Of a stretch of DNA of 64,000 bases, positions 10,445 to 20,178 are shown in pieces (position 1 is the stretch's first letter; each line of letters opens with the position of its first letter). The DNA is taken from contig JABDRN010000112.1 in assembly GCA_013041745.1 (NCBI GenBank), positions 596 through 64,595 of the forward strand, given 5' to 3'. Origin of the DNA: Gammaproteobacteria bacterium. Its GTDB lineage: Bacteria; Pseudomonadota; Gammaproteobacteria; SZUA-229. The position numbers and the translations under genes are program-made. Below the pieces are notes generated by a model. That model did no database searches and was not told where the DNA came from. It was given only the letters and a program-made list of their open reading frames with translations.

Positions 10445-10825
10445 TTACTGCTGTGCCTGTGCCTGTGCCTGCTGCGCTTCGACTTCCTTGCGGACCTGAT
10501 CCATATCCAGCTCACGGGTTTTACCCAGCACTTCTTCCAGCGCGCTCTCGGGCAGCATGCCGGCCTGGGAGAAAATCGCGATCTGGTCACGGAAAATCAT
10601 CAGCGTCGGAATAGAACGGATCTGAAAGCTGGCCGCCAGTTCCTGCTCATCTTCGGTATTCACCTTGGCAAAAACGACGTCATCATGCTTCTCAGAGGCC
10701 GCATCATAGATAGGAGCAAATGATTTACAGGGGCCGCACCACGGCGCCCAGAAATCAATAATGACGATCTCATTATTTGCAATAGTATCCTGTAAATTGT
10801 CCTTCGTGATGTCAATTGTAGCCAT
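10445..10825 (-). CDS. Thioredoxin
   Basis: DFWAPWCGPCK active site; IRSIPTL. Confidence 0.92.
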   Translation of the reverse strand: MATIDITKDNLQDTIANNEIVIIDFWAPWCGPCKSFAPIYDAASEKHDDVVFAKVNTEDEQELAASFQIRSIPTLMIFRDQIAIFSQAGMLPESALEEVLGKTRELDMDQVRKEVEAQQAQAQAQQ

Positions 10826-10904
10826 GAGATCTGTAACCTGTTCTGTATTAATTAAAGGGGTATTTTAACCTATCTTGTCGATTTTCGTCTGTACTAATAT
10901 CAGC

Positions 10905-11939
10905 TTACTTGTCAGCCACCAGGCTGAAACCGGAAGTAGCAGGCAGTCGCGGCATGGTGATTTCAGGGTACTCACCCGTCAGCGCACTAAGGAAAGCGAC
11001 GATATCATTTACTTCAGCATCTGATAGATCTTTGTTCAGCTGCGTTTTTGCCATCAGTGCAACCGCTACTGATAGATCATTGACCGAGCCATTATGGAAA
11101 TATGGCGCTGTATCGGTGATATTGCGTAAGGTTGCAACCCGGAACATATGCGCATCGGCAGCTTTACCGGTCGCTTCCTCACGGCCTTTGTCAGCACTCA
11201 GATCATACTTCTTGTCGTACTCATTATCAGCAAAAGTGGGGAATTTTGAATAAAAGCCCTGTCCAAACGGCATCTTGGGGCCATTGAACGCTGCACCTGA
11301 ATGACAGGATGTACAACCGACGGCAGCAAATGTTTCCATGCCGCGGACCTGCTGAGCAGTCATGGCTTTTTTGTCGCCTTTGACATACTTGTCATATGGG
11401 CTGTTAGGTGTAATTAATGTACGCTCAAAGGCAGCGACTGCTTTCGCAGCATTGTCAACGGTCATCGCGTCTTTGCCAAATGCTTTGTAGAAATAAGGCT
11501 TATAACCTGGTATCGCACGTACCTTGTCCATCGCCTGCTCGATCTCGGAAACACCCATCTCTACCGGGTTGGTTACAGGACCTTTGGCCTGGTCTTCTAA
11601 CAGATCAGCTCGCCCGTCCCAGAACTGCACTGAGTGAAAAGCAGAGTTCCAGACTGTCGGTGCGTTACGACCACCAGTCTTGCCATGCACACCCATAGAG
11701 AAGGTACGGCTGTCCTCACCACCTTCCATCACGTTATGACAGGAGTTACAGGAAACCGTACCTGTAGAGGAGAAACGCGGATCCATATATAGCATTTTAC
11801 CTAGCTCTACCTTGGCCTCGGTTGTCGGGTTGTCAGCCGGTGCCGGCGCCACATCTGGTAGCGCTTCCCAGTTAGCAGAGACTGGCATACTAGCCATCAT
11901 CAATACGGCTATCGAAGCCATTAATTTTGCATTAAACAT
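10905..11939 (-). CDS. Di-heme cytochrome c peroxidase
   Basis: Signal peptide; two CXXCH motifs (CNSCH, CTSCH); RNAPTVWN, QFWDGRA, LRNI..TAPYFHNG; AAGGAG RBS before ATG 11939. Confidence 0.92.
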   Translation of the reverse strand: MFNAKLMASIAVLMMASMPVSANWEALPDVAPAPADNPTTEAKVELGKMLYMDPRFSSTGTVSCNSCHNVMEGGEDSRTFSMGVHGKTGGRNAPTVWNSAFHSVQFWDGRADLLEDQAKGPVTNPVEMGVSEIEQAMDKVRAIPGYKPYFYKAFGKDAMTVDNAAKAVAAFERTLITPNSPYDKYVKGDKKAMTAQQVRGMETFAAVGCTSCHSGAAFNGPKMPFGQGFYSKFPTFADNEYDKKYDLSADKGREEATGKAADAHMFRVATLRNITDTAPYFHNGSVNDLSVAVALMAKTQLNKDLSDAEVNDIVAFLSALTGEYPEITMPRLPATSGFSLVADK

Positions 11940-12083
11940 CGTAAACTCCTTAAACAAAATCGGTAAAAGTATGTAATTTAGAACTAATCCAATATACTAT
12001 AATTTAATAATATTATCAATATCTAATATATAGGATTACTGAAAAGCAACATGAAGCATCGCTAAAAGCTTGAGCCTGCCAGG

Positions 12084-12623
12084 TCAGAAACTTACAGTGA
12101 AGAGAATCTCGGGGTAGGTCGTTGAACAATCAGTAGAAGAAATACAATCTTTGTACTCCTCGTAAACCACGCCGCCACCGATATAAACACGATTATCTGT
12201 CGAGAAATATGCACCAGCGCGGTATCCATATGAATCCTGATCATCCAGATCTATGCCCTTGTAACTGCCATAGTAAGTGCGACGATAAAAGGCACCGACA
12301 TAAGGCTTTACTATTTTAGGCTGCGTAAATACATAGCGGATCTGTGGACTAACCTTGGTGATAGAAGGCTCTCCAGAGAACCAGTGCTGCAGATCAATTC
12401 CAATCTCAAGACCCCTGGCCACGTAATAACCGACGCCTAGACCGAGGATGACATAGTTGTCATTGAATGCACTGCCCGACCCTAGAACAACGCCGACACT
12501 GGTCGAATTTTTAGAAAAAGCCGTGCTCACACCGCCGGTACCCACACTGGCCGCAACAGCAACCTTACTTAACCCCAGTAGTATCAATACAATCGCCAGT
12601 CTATTCGCAGTTCTCGATTTCAC
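12084..12623 (-). CDS. Hypothetical outer-membrane beta-barrel protein
   Basis: Signal peptide, alternating Gly/aromatic strands, terminal Phe (LFTVSF). Confidence 0.65.
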   Translation of the reverse strand: MKSRTANRLAIVLILLGLSKVAVAASVGTGGVSTAFSKNSTSVGVVLGSGSAFNDNYVILGLGVGYYVARGLEIGIDLQHWFSGEPSITKVSPQIRYVFTQPKIVKPYVGAFYRRTYYGSYKGIDLDDQDSYGYRAGAYFSTDNRVYIGGGVVYEEYKDCISSTDCSTTYPEILFTVSF

Positions 12624-12679
12624 TGTTCAGTCCTCAGTAACTTGTTTGCTTTAGTTTAACACTCGGAATAATTTCCCGG

Positions 12680-14479
12680 CTAACTTCTGATGCCGTATAG
12701 ATCGCGATAGAGGCCGTCTCTGCTGATCAACTCATGATGATTTCCTTCATCGATGATCTTACCCGAATCAAACACCAGTACACGATCAGCCTGTCGTACA
12801 GCGCTCAGGCGGTGGGCGATGATCAGCGTGGTCCGGTTCTGCAAAAAGGCATGCATAGCCTCATGTAGCCTTGCTTCTGTTTCGGTATCCAGCGATGATG
12901 TTGCCTCATCGAGTATCACCACCTTCGGATCTGCCAGGATCATACGTGCGATAGCCAGGCGCTGGCGCTGGCCACCCGATAACCGGATACCGCTGCGACC
13001 GATGACGCTTTCCAGCTGCTCAGGCATCTGCTCGACTATATCGCGCATCTGTGCGATCTCCAACGCTTGCCAGATAACTGCGTCATCAATCTCACGACCC
13101 AGGCACAAGTTCTGCTTTACCGTATCATTGAACATCGCCGGATGCTGCAGAACAGTAGATACATTCTCCCTTACCACCTCCAGCCCGATATCCTCCAGAT
13201 TCACACCATCAAAGTATAACTGCCCCTCGTCTGCTGGATACAGGCCAAGGATGATCTGCACCAGGGTTGATTTACCGCCACCGCTGGCGCCGACCAGAGC
13301 CACCTTCTCTCCCTCCGCTATCGACAGGCTGACACCGTCGAGAACCGGTAGACCATCGCCATATCTGAAACTGACGTTTTCAACACTCAGGCCTACGGTA
13401 TGTTTGCCTGCAAAGGGATTTTTACGATGCTCATACTCCGGCTCAAGCTTCATCGTCAGTAGATTATTGATACGCTCGATAGCCGCATTAGCGCTGTAAT
13501 AACTGTACTGTATCCCAAGGATCTCCTGCATAGGTCCCATCATAAACCAGAGATAGGCATATACCGCGAACATCTCTCCGATACTCAGACCACTGAAAAG
13601 CACCACGACCATGCTCAGGCCGCGAAACACCTCGAAGCCCATGAGGAAGATAAAGAAAGATAAGCGGTTTGCTGCATCACTCTTCCAGCCAAAAGCCACC
13701 ATATTCTTTTTCAGCTGTTCTGCGCGTGAGATGACACGCTGCAGGTAATGACCTTCGCGGTTACTGGCACGGATCTGCTGAATACCGTCGAGTGTTTCGA
13801 TCAGCGCCTGCTGGAATAGCTCAAACGAGACATTTTCATTTCGCTTCAGATGTTTTACCTTCTTCCCCATCACCATAGTGAAATAGATCACCACCGGGTT
13901 CATCAACAAGATGAATAACGCCAGTTGCCAGTGCATCCACAAGAGGACACCTGCAACACCGATCACCGTGAGCACGGCGACGATAAACTTGCTCAGTGTC
14001 GCGCCCAGGAAATCATCGATGGCGGTGACATCGGTCACCAGGTGAGAGGTTATCGAACCGGAGCCCACCGCTTCATACTCGGCCATCGATACCTTCTGCA
14101 GGTGATTCAACAGGCCCAGCCGGATCCGGTAAGTCACATCTTTGGCAACACTGGTGAACTCTCGTGTCTGCCAGACAGCCAGCAATAATGCCACCAGCCT
14201 GAGCAGCATTGATAGCAGCATCACGATGACGATGATACTGATAGGTGTTAACCACGGCGCTGGAAATATTCCCGATAGTAATTCGATGATCTTGCCCGGC
14301 TTGTCGAGCAGCACCTCGTCCACCAGCAATGGCATCAGCAGTGGTACCGGCACACTGATGGCAGCAGCCAATATAGCTATGATATTTGCCAGCACGAGTG
14401 TCGGTTTATGCTGTTTGACGATGGCGAAGATACTCTGCCATGTATATGTCTGCGTGCTTTTGACTAAATCCTGACTCAT
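12680..14479 (-). CDS. ABC exporter, fused permease/ATP-binding protein
   Basis: N-terminal TM domain; Walker A GASGGGKS; LSGGQRQR signature; Walker B ILDEATS. Confidence 0.92.
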   Translation of the reverse strand: MSQDLVKSTQTYTWQSIFAIVKQHKPTLVLANIIAILAAAISVPVPLLMPLLVDEVLLDKPGKIIELLSGIFPAPWLTPISIIVIVMLLSMLLRLVALLLAVWQTREFTSVAKDVTYRIRLGLLNHLQKVSMAEYEAVGSGSITSHLVTDVTAIDDFLGATLSKFIVAVLTVIGVAGVLLWMHWQLALFILLMNPVVIYFTMVMGKKVKHLKRNENVSFELFQQALIETLDGIQQIRASNREGHYLQRVISRAEQLKKNMVAFGWKSDAANRLSFFIFLMGFEVFRGLSMVVVLFSGLSIGEMFAVYAYLWFMMGPMQEILGIQYSYYSANAAIERINNLLTMKLEPEYEHRKNPFAGKHTVGLSVENVSFRYGDGLPVLDGVSLSIAEGEKVALVGASGGGKSTLVQIILGLYPADEGQLYFDGVNLEDIGLEVVRENVSTVLQHPAMFNDTVKQNLCLGREIDDAVIWQALEIAQMRDIVEQMPEQLESVIGRSGIRLSGGQRQRLAIARMILADPKVVILDEATSSLDTETEARLHEAMHAFLQNRTTLIIAHRLSAVRQADRVLVFDSGKIIDEGNHHELISRDGLYRDLYGIRS

Positions 14480-14494
14480 TTTTATACCGATTTC

Positions 14495-15379
14495 TTAAGC
14501 ACTATACTCGATATCCTGCAACGCGAGCAGCAACGCCTGGGTACCACTTTTACCGTGTCCCATGTTACTGACTCTCTCATATAAGGACTTTGCGAGCTCT
14601 AGACCCGGAAGTTTAACTCCCATCATTTCAGTTTCTCTCACAGCAATACCAAGGTCTTTGATGAAGTGATCGACCATAAACCCCGGGGCAAAATCCATGG
14701 AGATCATTCTTGGCGCTAGATTATCCAGCGTCCAGCAACCAGCTGCCCCCTGATTGATCGTCGTGATCAACCTCTCACAATCGAGGCCGGCTTTACTGGC
14801 GTAGACCAGTGCTTCACAGACGCCGATCATGGTACCTGCAACAACGATCTGGTTACACATCTTTGTATGCTGACCGCTGCCGGGACCACCCATCAGCTGT
14901 ACGCGACCCAGGAGTTCAAACAGTGGCCTGACTGTTTCAAGTATTTCCGGATCAGCTCCAGCCATTATCGAAAGACTCGCGTTCCGCGCCCCGACATCAC
15001 CGCCAGAAACAGGTGCATCGATAAAATCAGCATCATGCTGTTGCGCAAGTCGTGATAACTCCAGCGTCAAGCGTGGTGCGGTTGTTCCCATATCAATAAA
15101 TGTCTTCCCATTTATGCTATCAACGAATAAACCATCAGCTGACAAATACACATCTCTCACCTCTTCTTCGAGACCTACCATGGTGAACACCACATCACTT
15201 CGCGCAGCCACTTCGGCCGGGGTTTCACACCACACCGCGCCACCAGCTATAAGGTCTTCAGCCTTGATATGACTACGCGTGTTAATAAACATAGGGTAGC
15301 CGGCAGCTATCAGATGCTGACACATGGCACTGCCCATGACACCAAGGCCTACCCATCCGAGTTTTGAGTGTTTTTGCAT
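14495..15379 (-). CDS. NAD(P)-dependent beta-hydroxyacid dehydrogenase (3-hydroxyisobutyrate dehydrogenase / tartronate semialdehyde reductase family)
   Basis: GWVGLGVMG Rossmann motif, DAPVSGGDVGA, TKMCNQ, FIKDL. Start could be at 15406. Confidence 0.88.
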   Translation of the reverse strand: MQKHSKLGWVGLGVMGSAMCQHLIAAGYPMFINTRSHIKAEDLIAGGAVWCETPAEVAARSDVVFTMVGLEEEVRDVYLSADGLFVDSINGKTFIDMGTTAPRLTLELSRLAQQHDADFIDAPVSGGDVGARNASLSIMAGADPEILETVRPLFELLGRVQLMGGPGSGQHTKMCNQIVVAGTMIGVCEALVYASKAGLDCERLITTINQGAAGCWTLDNLAPRMISMDFAPGFMVDHFIKDLGIAVRETEMMGVKLPGLELAKSLYERVSNMGHGKSGTQALLLALQDIEYSA

Positions 15380-15434
15380 TTTTCTATCCTGTAAACTGTG
15401 CCTCATTTTTACACGAATAAATTATGACGTCTTT

Positions 15435-16226
15435 ATGAATACGCAGAACAATACGACCACTTTAAAAGCTTTAATTTTCGATGTCGACGGTACGCTGTCT
15501 AATACCGAGCGCGACGGCCACCGCGTTGCTTTTAACCAGGCCTTTGACGAGTATGGCATCGGCTGGCACTGGAGTGTCGAAATTTATGGTGAACTGCTCG
15601 CGGTTACCGGCGGTAAAGAACGCATGAAATTCTATGTTGAAAAATTTCTTGGCGAGAATGAGGCACCCGATGACATCATGGCAAAGATCCCCGAATTACA
15701 CCGGGCAAAAACACGCCATTACACTGAACTGCTATCCACCGGCGCTATCCCGTTACGCCCCGGCGTTGAACGACTGATCGAAGAAGCCAGGCAGCGTGGC
15801 CTGCGACTGGCTATCGCGACCACCACCACGCCTGAGAACGTTACCGCATTACTGACACATACCCTGGGTGCTGACTCGATTGCCTGGTTTGATGTCATCG
15901 CTGCGGGAGATATCGTCCCCGCAAAAAAACCGGCTCCTGATATCTATGAATATGCGTTAAAAGCGATGAACCTGACAGCAGATGACTGTATCGCTTTTGA
16001 AGATTCTGAAAACGGCATCAAGTCAACGATAGCTGCCAGCTTACAGACCATAATCACCATCAATGATTACACGCGAGACCATGATTTCACCGGAGCCTGT
16101 ATCGTACTCGACCAGATGGGCGAACCAGGAAAGCCTTTCCATGTGATCAGCGGCGATGCTGAAGGCGCCAGCTTGCTGGACTGTGACCTGGTAACAAAAC
16201 TCCATAAGAAAGCTATAGCTGGCTAA
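15435..16226 (+). CDS. HAD hydrolase, CbbY-like
   Basis: FDVDGTLSNTERDGHRVAFN, GGKERM, KKPAPDIY, FEDSENG motifs typical of CbbY. Confidence 0.85.
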   Translation: MNTQNNTTTLKALIFDVDGTLSNTERDGHRVAFNQAFDEYGIGWHWSVEIYGELLAVTGGKERMKFYVEKFLGENEAPDDIMAKIPELHRAKTRHYTELLSTGAIPLRPGVERLIEEARQRGLRLAIATTTTPENVTALLTHTLGADSIAWFDVIAAGDIVPAKKPAPDIYEYALKAMNLTADDCIAFEDSENGIKSTIAASLQTIITINDYTRDHDFTGACIVLDQMGEPGKPFHVISGDAEGASLLDCDLVTKLHKKAIAG

Positions 16227-16228
16227 AC

Positions 16229-17029
16229 TTGTTTGACAGTTACATCATAGAAGTTCTAGCCTATATGCTCACCGGCGCATTCGCCGGTTTCGCTGCAGGG
16301 CTGTTAGGTATCGGTGGTGGCCTTATCATCGTACCGGTACTTTTCTTCATATTTGCCAGCCAGGGTTACGCAGAACAATACCTGATGCAGATGGCTTTAA
16401 CGACTTCACTTGCGACCATCGTACTCACATCGATATCGTCGACGCGGGCACATCACAGGAGACAGGCGGTACTCTGGCCACTGGTATTAATGTTAAGCCC
16501 CGGCATCATCATCGGTGCGGCACTTGGCGGAGTATTTGCATCCTCGATAAACAGTGACAGCTTGAGACTGTTCTTCGCTATTTTTGAATTTACAGTAGCA
16601 GCCAATATGATATTAAAAAAACAGCCGGCACAGCACAATAAGAAGCTCGGTAGAACAGCAGCTGTAAGTGGTGGCATGACCATCGGTTTTATCTCAACAC
16701 TGGTCGGAATCGGCGGTGGCACGATGACGGTGCCGTTCCTGCACTGGTTTAATATTTCGATGCGCAATGCGGTTGCTACCTCTGCTGCCTGCGGCTTTCC
16801 GATCGCATTGATCGGTACACTCTCCTTCATCTTCACCAGTTACGATAAGACTTTTAGCAACGATCATTCACTGGGATATCTTCAGTATGATGCATTTCTG
16901 TTCGTCGCTGCCAGCAGTTTCCTGGTAGCGCCGCTCGGCGCGAAGGTTGCCCATAGCATCTCTGAAAAAACACTCCGCCTGAGCTTTGCACTATTACTCT
17001 TCGTACTCGGTATCATCATGTTGATCTAG
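16229..17029 (+). CDS. Sulfite exporter TauE/SafE family membrane protein
   Basis: Two GLLGIGGG / LVGIGGG repeats, AVATS, multiple TM helices. Confidence 0.87.
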   Translation: MFDSYIIEVLAYMLTGAFAGFAAGLLGIGGGLIIVPVLFFIFASQGYAEQYLMQMALTTSLATIVLTSISSTRAHHRRQAVLWPLVLMLSPGIIIGAALGGVFASSINSDSLRLFFAIFEFTVAANMILKKQPAQHNKKLGRTAAVSGGMTIGFISTLVGIGGGTMTVPFLHWFNISMRNAVATSAACGFPIALIGTLSFIFTSYDKTFSNDHSLGYLQYDAFLFVAASSFLVAPLGAKVAHSISEKTLRLSFALLLFVLGIIMLI

Positions 17030-17050
17030 TAACAATACGGCAAACACAAG

Positions 17051-17935
17051 TTACAGACTGGAAGCAAATATCCAGGCAAAGCCTGCACCAAAAAAATAAT
17101 AATCGTTCTGTACAACCAGCGGACTGTCTTCGAACTCTGCACCGCGTAATGACTGGTAGCGGACAAAGGCCCAGTAGATAAAATCACTGGTCTTATACGA
17201 GATCCGATAGTTGATAAAGCTGCCGCCAAAACCCGCTTCACTCTTATATTCAGGCCTCACAGGTGTGACGAACTCTGCAGCCACATCATAATAGTAGGCA
17301 TGATAATCCCGGGTCGCAAACTTCAGCCCCATGGTCGCTTTATGCGAAAGACCGGTTTCTGATGTACGCCGATGAGCAAAAGTAAAACGCGGTTCCAGCA
17401 AATAACCGATGTTCTGCATATTCCCAAAATCTACCGTAAAAGCAACACGAACGGGTATTTCGAAACGGGCATCAAAATAATTTTTCCGTTTATCGTTCAA
17501 CAAAAACTCAAAAGACGGGCCAAACTGAAGAGCAAAGTCCAGATCAGGCATACCTTTGCGTGCAATCGTATCATCACTGTTCACCGGCAGACCAAAATCG
17601 GCACTAATATCTATGATTATTACTTCAGAATTATATATAAAGCTTTTGATACCACGATCGACCTCAAACCTTGGAGAGCGGTAGGTAAAATAAGGCGCTG
17701 GCAGGAAAATCTGACGACTTTCCTTTGCTCCCGGATAATATTGATAATTGAATGCACCTAAACCCAGGCCCATGGTCCACTGTGTCTCACTGCTGCCTAT
17801 GCCGTCTTGCTCTATTTCAATAGTGGCACTATTTGTATTAACAGCAATAGCTTCTTCGGCATGGACAGAACTCAACAGGCAAATCCATGTCAGAAAAAAG
17901 TATACTGGTATATAGTAATGTTTTATTGCTATCAC
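17051..17935 (-). CDS. MipA/OmpV-like outer membrane protein
   Basis: Signal peptide, GLGLG...YPG N-terminal strand, RKGMPDLD, DSPLV near the C-terminus. Confidence 0.75.
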   Translation of the reverse strand: MIAIKHYYIPVYFFLTWICLLSSVHAEEAIAVNTNSATIEIEQDGIGSSETQWTMGLGLGAFNYQYYPGAKESRQIFLPAPYFTYRSPRFEVDRGIKSFIYNSEVIIIDISADFGLPVNSDDTIARKGMPDLDFALQFGPSFEFLLNDKRKNYFDARFEIPVRVAFTVDFGNMQNIGYLLEPRFTFAHRRTSETGLSHKATMGLKFATRDYHAYYYDVAAEFVTPVRPEYKSEAGFGGSFINYRISYKTSDFIYWAFVRYQSLRGAEFEDSPLVVQNDYYFFGAGFAWIFASSL

Positions 17936-17968
17936 GTTGTCTTTATAGATTAAATTTGGATATACATT

Positions 17969-18589
17969 GTGACTTTACCTGAATTAAAGATTACCGTTTA
18001 CAGTGATTATATATGTCCCTTCTGTTATCTCGGGCATCATCGCCTGCAGCGCCTGCGTGACAGTTATGACTTAAAAATAAACTGGTGCTTTCTGGAAATA
18101 CACCCAGAGACCTCGGCCAAAGGCGCAGCCATCGGTTCTCTGGGTTATCCTGAGGAGCAGTGGCAGAAGATGCTGCAAAATCTCGAGCGTATTGCCAATG
18201 AAGAAAATATCCCCTTATCCAGGCTTGATTTCATCACCAACTCCAGGGATGCACTACTGCTGTCTGAAGCTGCAAAGCAATGTGGTCGTGATAAATTCTA
18301 CGCCTTACATGAAAAACTGTTCGACGCCTACTTTGTCAATGGCGTCAACATCGGTGACAGAAATGAACTAAGAGAGATCGCCGGTTCCTGCGGTATAGAT
18401 GAAAACACCATCGATAATGCATGGACTGAAGATCAGTTTAATCAGCGCCTGCTGGACAACTTTAACTCGGCACGTAAACACAGGATACAGAGCGTGCCGA
18501 GCTTCGTCTTCGGTGAAAGGGTTCTCACAGGTGTAGTTGCAGAATCAACTTTCCGCGAGGCAGCGGAACAGTGTTGCACGGCTATGTAA
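17969..18589 (+). CDS. DsbA/FrnE-family thiol oxidoreductase
   Basis: YSDYICPFC motif; IQSVPSF cis-Pro loop. Confidence 0.85.
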   Translation: MTLPELKITVYSDYICPFCYLGHHRLQRLRDSYDLKINWCFLEIHPETSAKGAAIGSLGYPEEQWQKMLQNLERIANEENIPLSRLDFITNSRDALLLSEAAKQCGRDKFYALHEKLFDAYFVNGVNIGDRNELREIAGSCGIDENTIDNAWTEDQFNQRLLDNFNSARKHRIQSVPSFVFGERVLTGVVAESTFREAAEQCCTAM

Positions 18590-18593
18590 AACA

Positions 18594-19199
18594 TTATTCG
18601 TCATCCATTATCCCTAACATCGCATCTTTTAGATCGTCATCAGCCGGTTCATCACCCAGCCAGATATCGAGCAGTGCCGCATAGAAATCGGCGCCTTCTA
18701 TCACGCCCTTCACTTCACCATTTATCGTCACCCGCGTTCCAACATCAGGAATAAAATCATATAACAGTGCATCACCTTTCTTCAGGTCAGGAAAATAACT
18801 GTTAAAAATTTCGATACGCGCCTGTAACTTGTCCATCTGCTGTTCACTGTTATTGTCCTCAAAACCATCATTCCAGCCATCGATGATCTTCTCTCTCTCA
18901 ACTTCATCATAGACCATATGCATGATGACGCGTTTCGGTCCTTTCAGTGACAGCACTGCGTCACGTGAGTTCACGCTTGACTCCGTATAAAGCGCAGCGA
19001 TATAAACCTTGAATACAAATTTTGTTCGATAACCCATACCATTTAACTGCAGCTCGACGTCGCTTCCTTCCAGTGTCACCTTATCAGGCATGCTAACATC
19101 ACCCAGCTGACCAGCCTCACTTGCCACAGAGAAAAACGCCAGCTGCAGCAGTATTAAAAAAACGGCATATCTGTGAATAATACCTTTTCCTGTTGTCAT
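18594..19199 (-). CDS. Chalcone isomerase-like periplasmic protein
   Basis: LQLNGMGYRTKFVFKVYIAALY and LLDIWLG..PAD..LK.AMLG pattern; signal peptide; GGAG RBS. Confidence 0.8.
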   Translation of the reverse strand: MTTGKGIIHRYAVFLILLQLAFFSVASEAGQLGDVSMPDKVTLEGSDVELQLNGMGYRTKFVFKVYIAALYTESSVNSRDAVLSLKGPKRVIMHMVYDEVEREKIIDGWNDGFEDNNSEQQMDKLQARIEIFNSYFPDLKKGDALLYDFIPDVGTRVTINGEVKGVIEGADFYAALLDIWLGDEPADDDLKDAMLGIMDDE

Positions 19200-19298
19200 A
19201 TTATTCTCCGAACTGTTCAATTAGGTGAAAAAGTAACCAATTAGCGATAGGATACACTAATTGAATATTTACAGTATCACTAGAGACGGCTTTCGACA

Positions 19299-20003
19299 AT
19301 GCTTATGGATTTTAAATCTACAACGACACAAAAGCTGGTTACCTACCTGTTTTATATAAGCCTGTCATGCTTTATTACCGCAGTATTGAATATCGTACAT
19401 ACTGTTTATGCGCTAAAGATAGAATTTACCGCAGCTTCTTTCATCATACCTATTTTTACCGGCCTGTTGTTTGGCCTGATGCTCGCCCACATAAAAGTAT
19501 TGAGTGAAAGACTGGGCAAGATGGCATTCACGGATTCACTCACCCATATCTATAACCGCCTGCATTTTGCCCACTTCCTCGATGCCGAGATCGATAAGGT
19601 CAAACGCTATGGTGGCTGTTTTTCCATTATCTTTTTTGACCTCGATAACTTTAAAGATATAAATGATAATTATGGACACATGACTGGTGATGATGTTCTT
19701 GAAAAAGTCACCGAGGTAATCTCCAAAGCAAATCGCAGTGCAGATATCTTCGCCCGTTACGGCGGAGAAGAATTTATTATCCTGGCACCTGAAACCAATC
19801 TCAGCGGTGCCTGTATACACGCAGAACGTTTACGCAACGATATCGAGCAATATAAATTCCCAAAAATCGGTCATCTAACCAGCAGTTTCGGTGTAGCGGA
19901 GTTTAATGCGGAAACAGACGATGTCGAATCGATACTTGAACGCGCCGATAAAGCACTCTACATGGCTAAAGAATTCGGCCGTAACCGGGTAGAAAAAGCT
20001 TAG
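19299..20003 (+). CDS. Membrane-anchored diguanylate cyclase (GGDEF)
   Basis: Two N-terminal TM helices; DSLTHIYNR, DLDNFKDIND.YGH, RSAD I-site, RYGGEEF active site. Confidence 0.92.
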   Translation: MLMDFKSTTTQKLVTYLFYISLSCFITAVLNIVHTVYALKIEFTAASFIIPIFTGLLFGLMLAHIKVLSERLGKMAFTDSLTHIYNRLHFAHFLDAEIDKVKRYGGCFSIIFFDLDNFKDINDNYGHMTGDDVLEKVTEVISKANRSADIFARYGGEEFIILAPETNLSGACIHAERLRNDIEQYKFPKIGHLTSSFGVAEFNAETDDVESILERADKALYMAKEFGRNRVEKA

Positions 20004-20016
20004 CTGCGTTTGCAGC

Positions 20017-20176
20017 AATGAAAAGTGAAAAATTTAAAAACATGAATCATTAATTCAGGCTGTCACGTCGAACGAATGCGAGAGGTCTTAGGTAGCTGAT
20101 AAACAGATCTCTCACGTTGGTTCGAGATGACAATGATTAAGTGTTACTGGTTTCTCAGCATTTTTCACTTTTCATT
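20017..20176. repeat. Nested inverted repeats (17-bp perfect outer IR, 28-bp imperfect inner IR)
   Basis: AATGAAAAGTGAAAAAT 20017-20033 / ATTTTTCACTTTTCATT 20160-20176; inner arms 20061-20088 / 20105-20132 match at 22/28. Confidence 0.8.
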
Positions 20177-20178
20177 AT

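Noticed and set aside
10451-10473. (CCTGTG)n microsatellite at the thioredoxin 3' end
   Set aside because: Only about three in-frame hexamers encoding a QAQAQAQ tail; it cannot cause frameshift phase variation.
12753-13499. Long antisense ORFs (e.g. 12753-13499, 32164-32778, 24295-24828)
   Set aside because: They are shadows of well-supported genes on the opposite strand and have no independent motifs.
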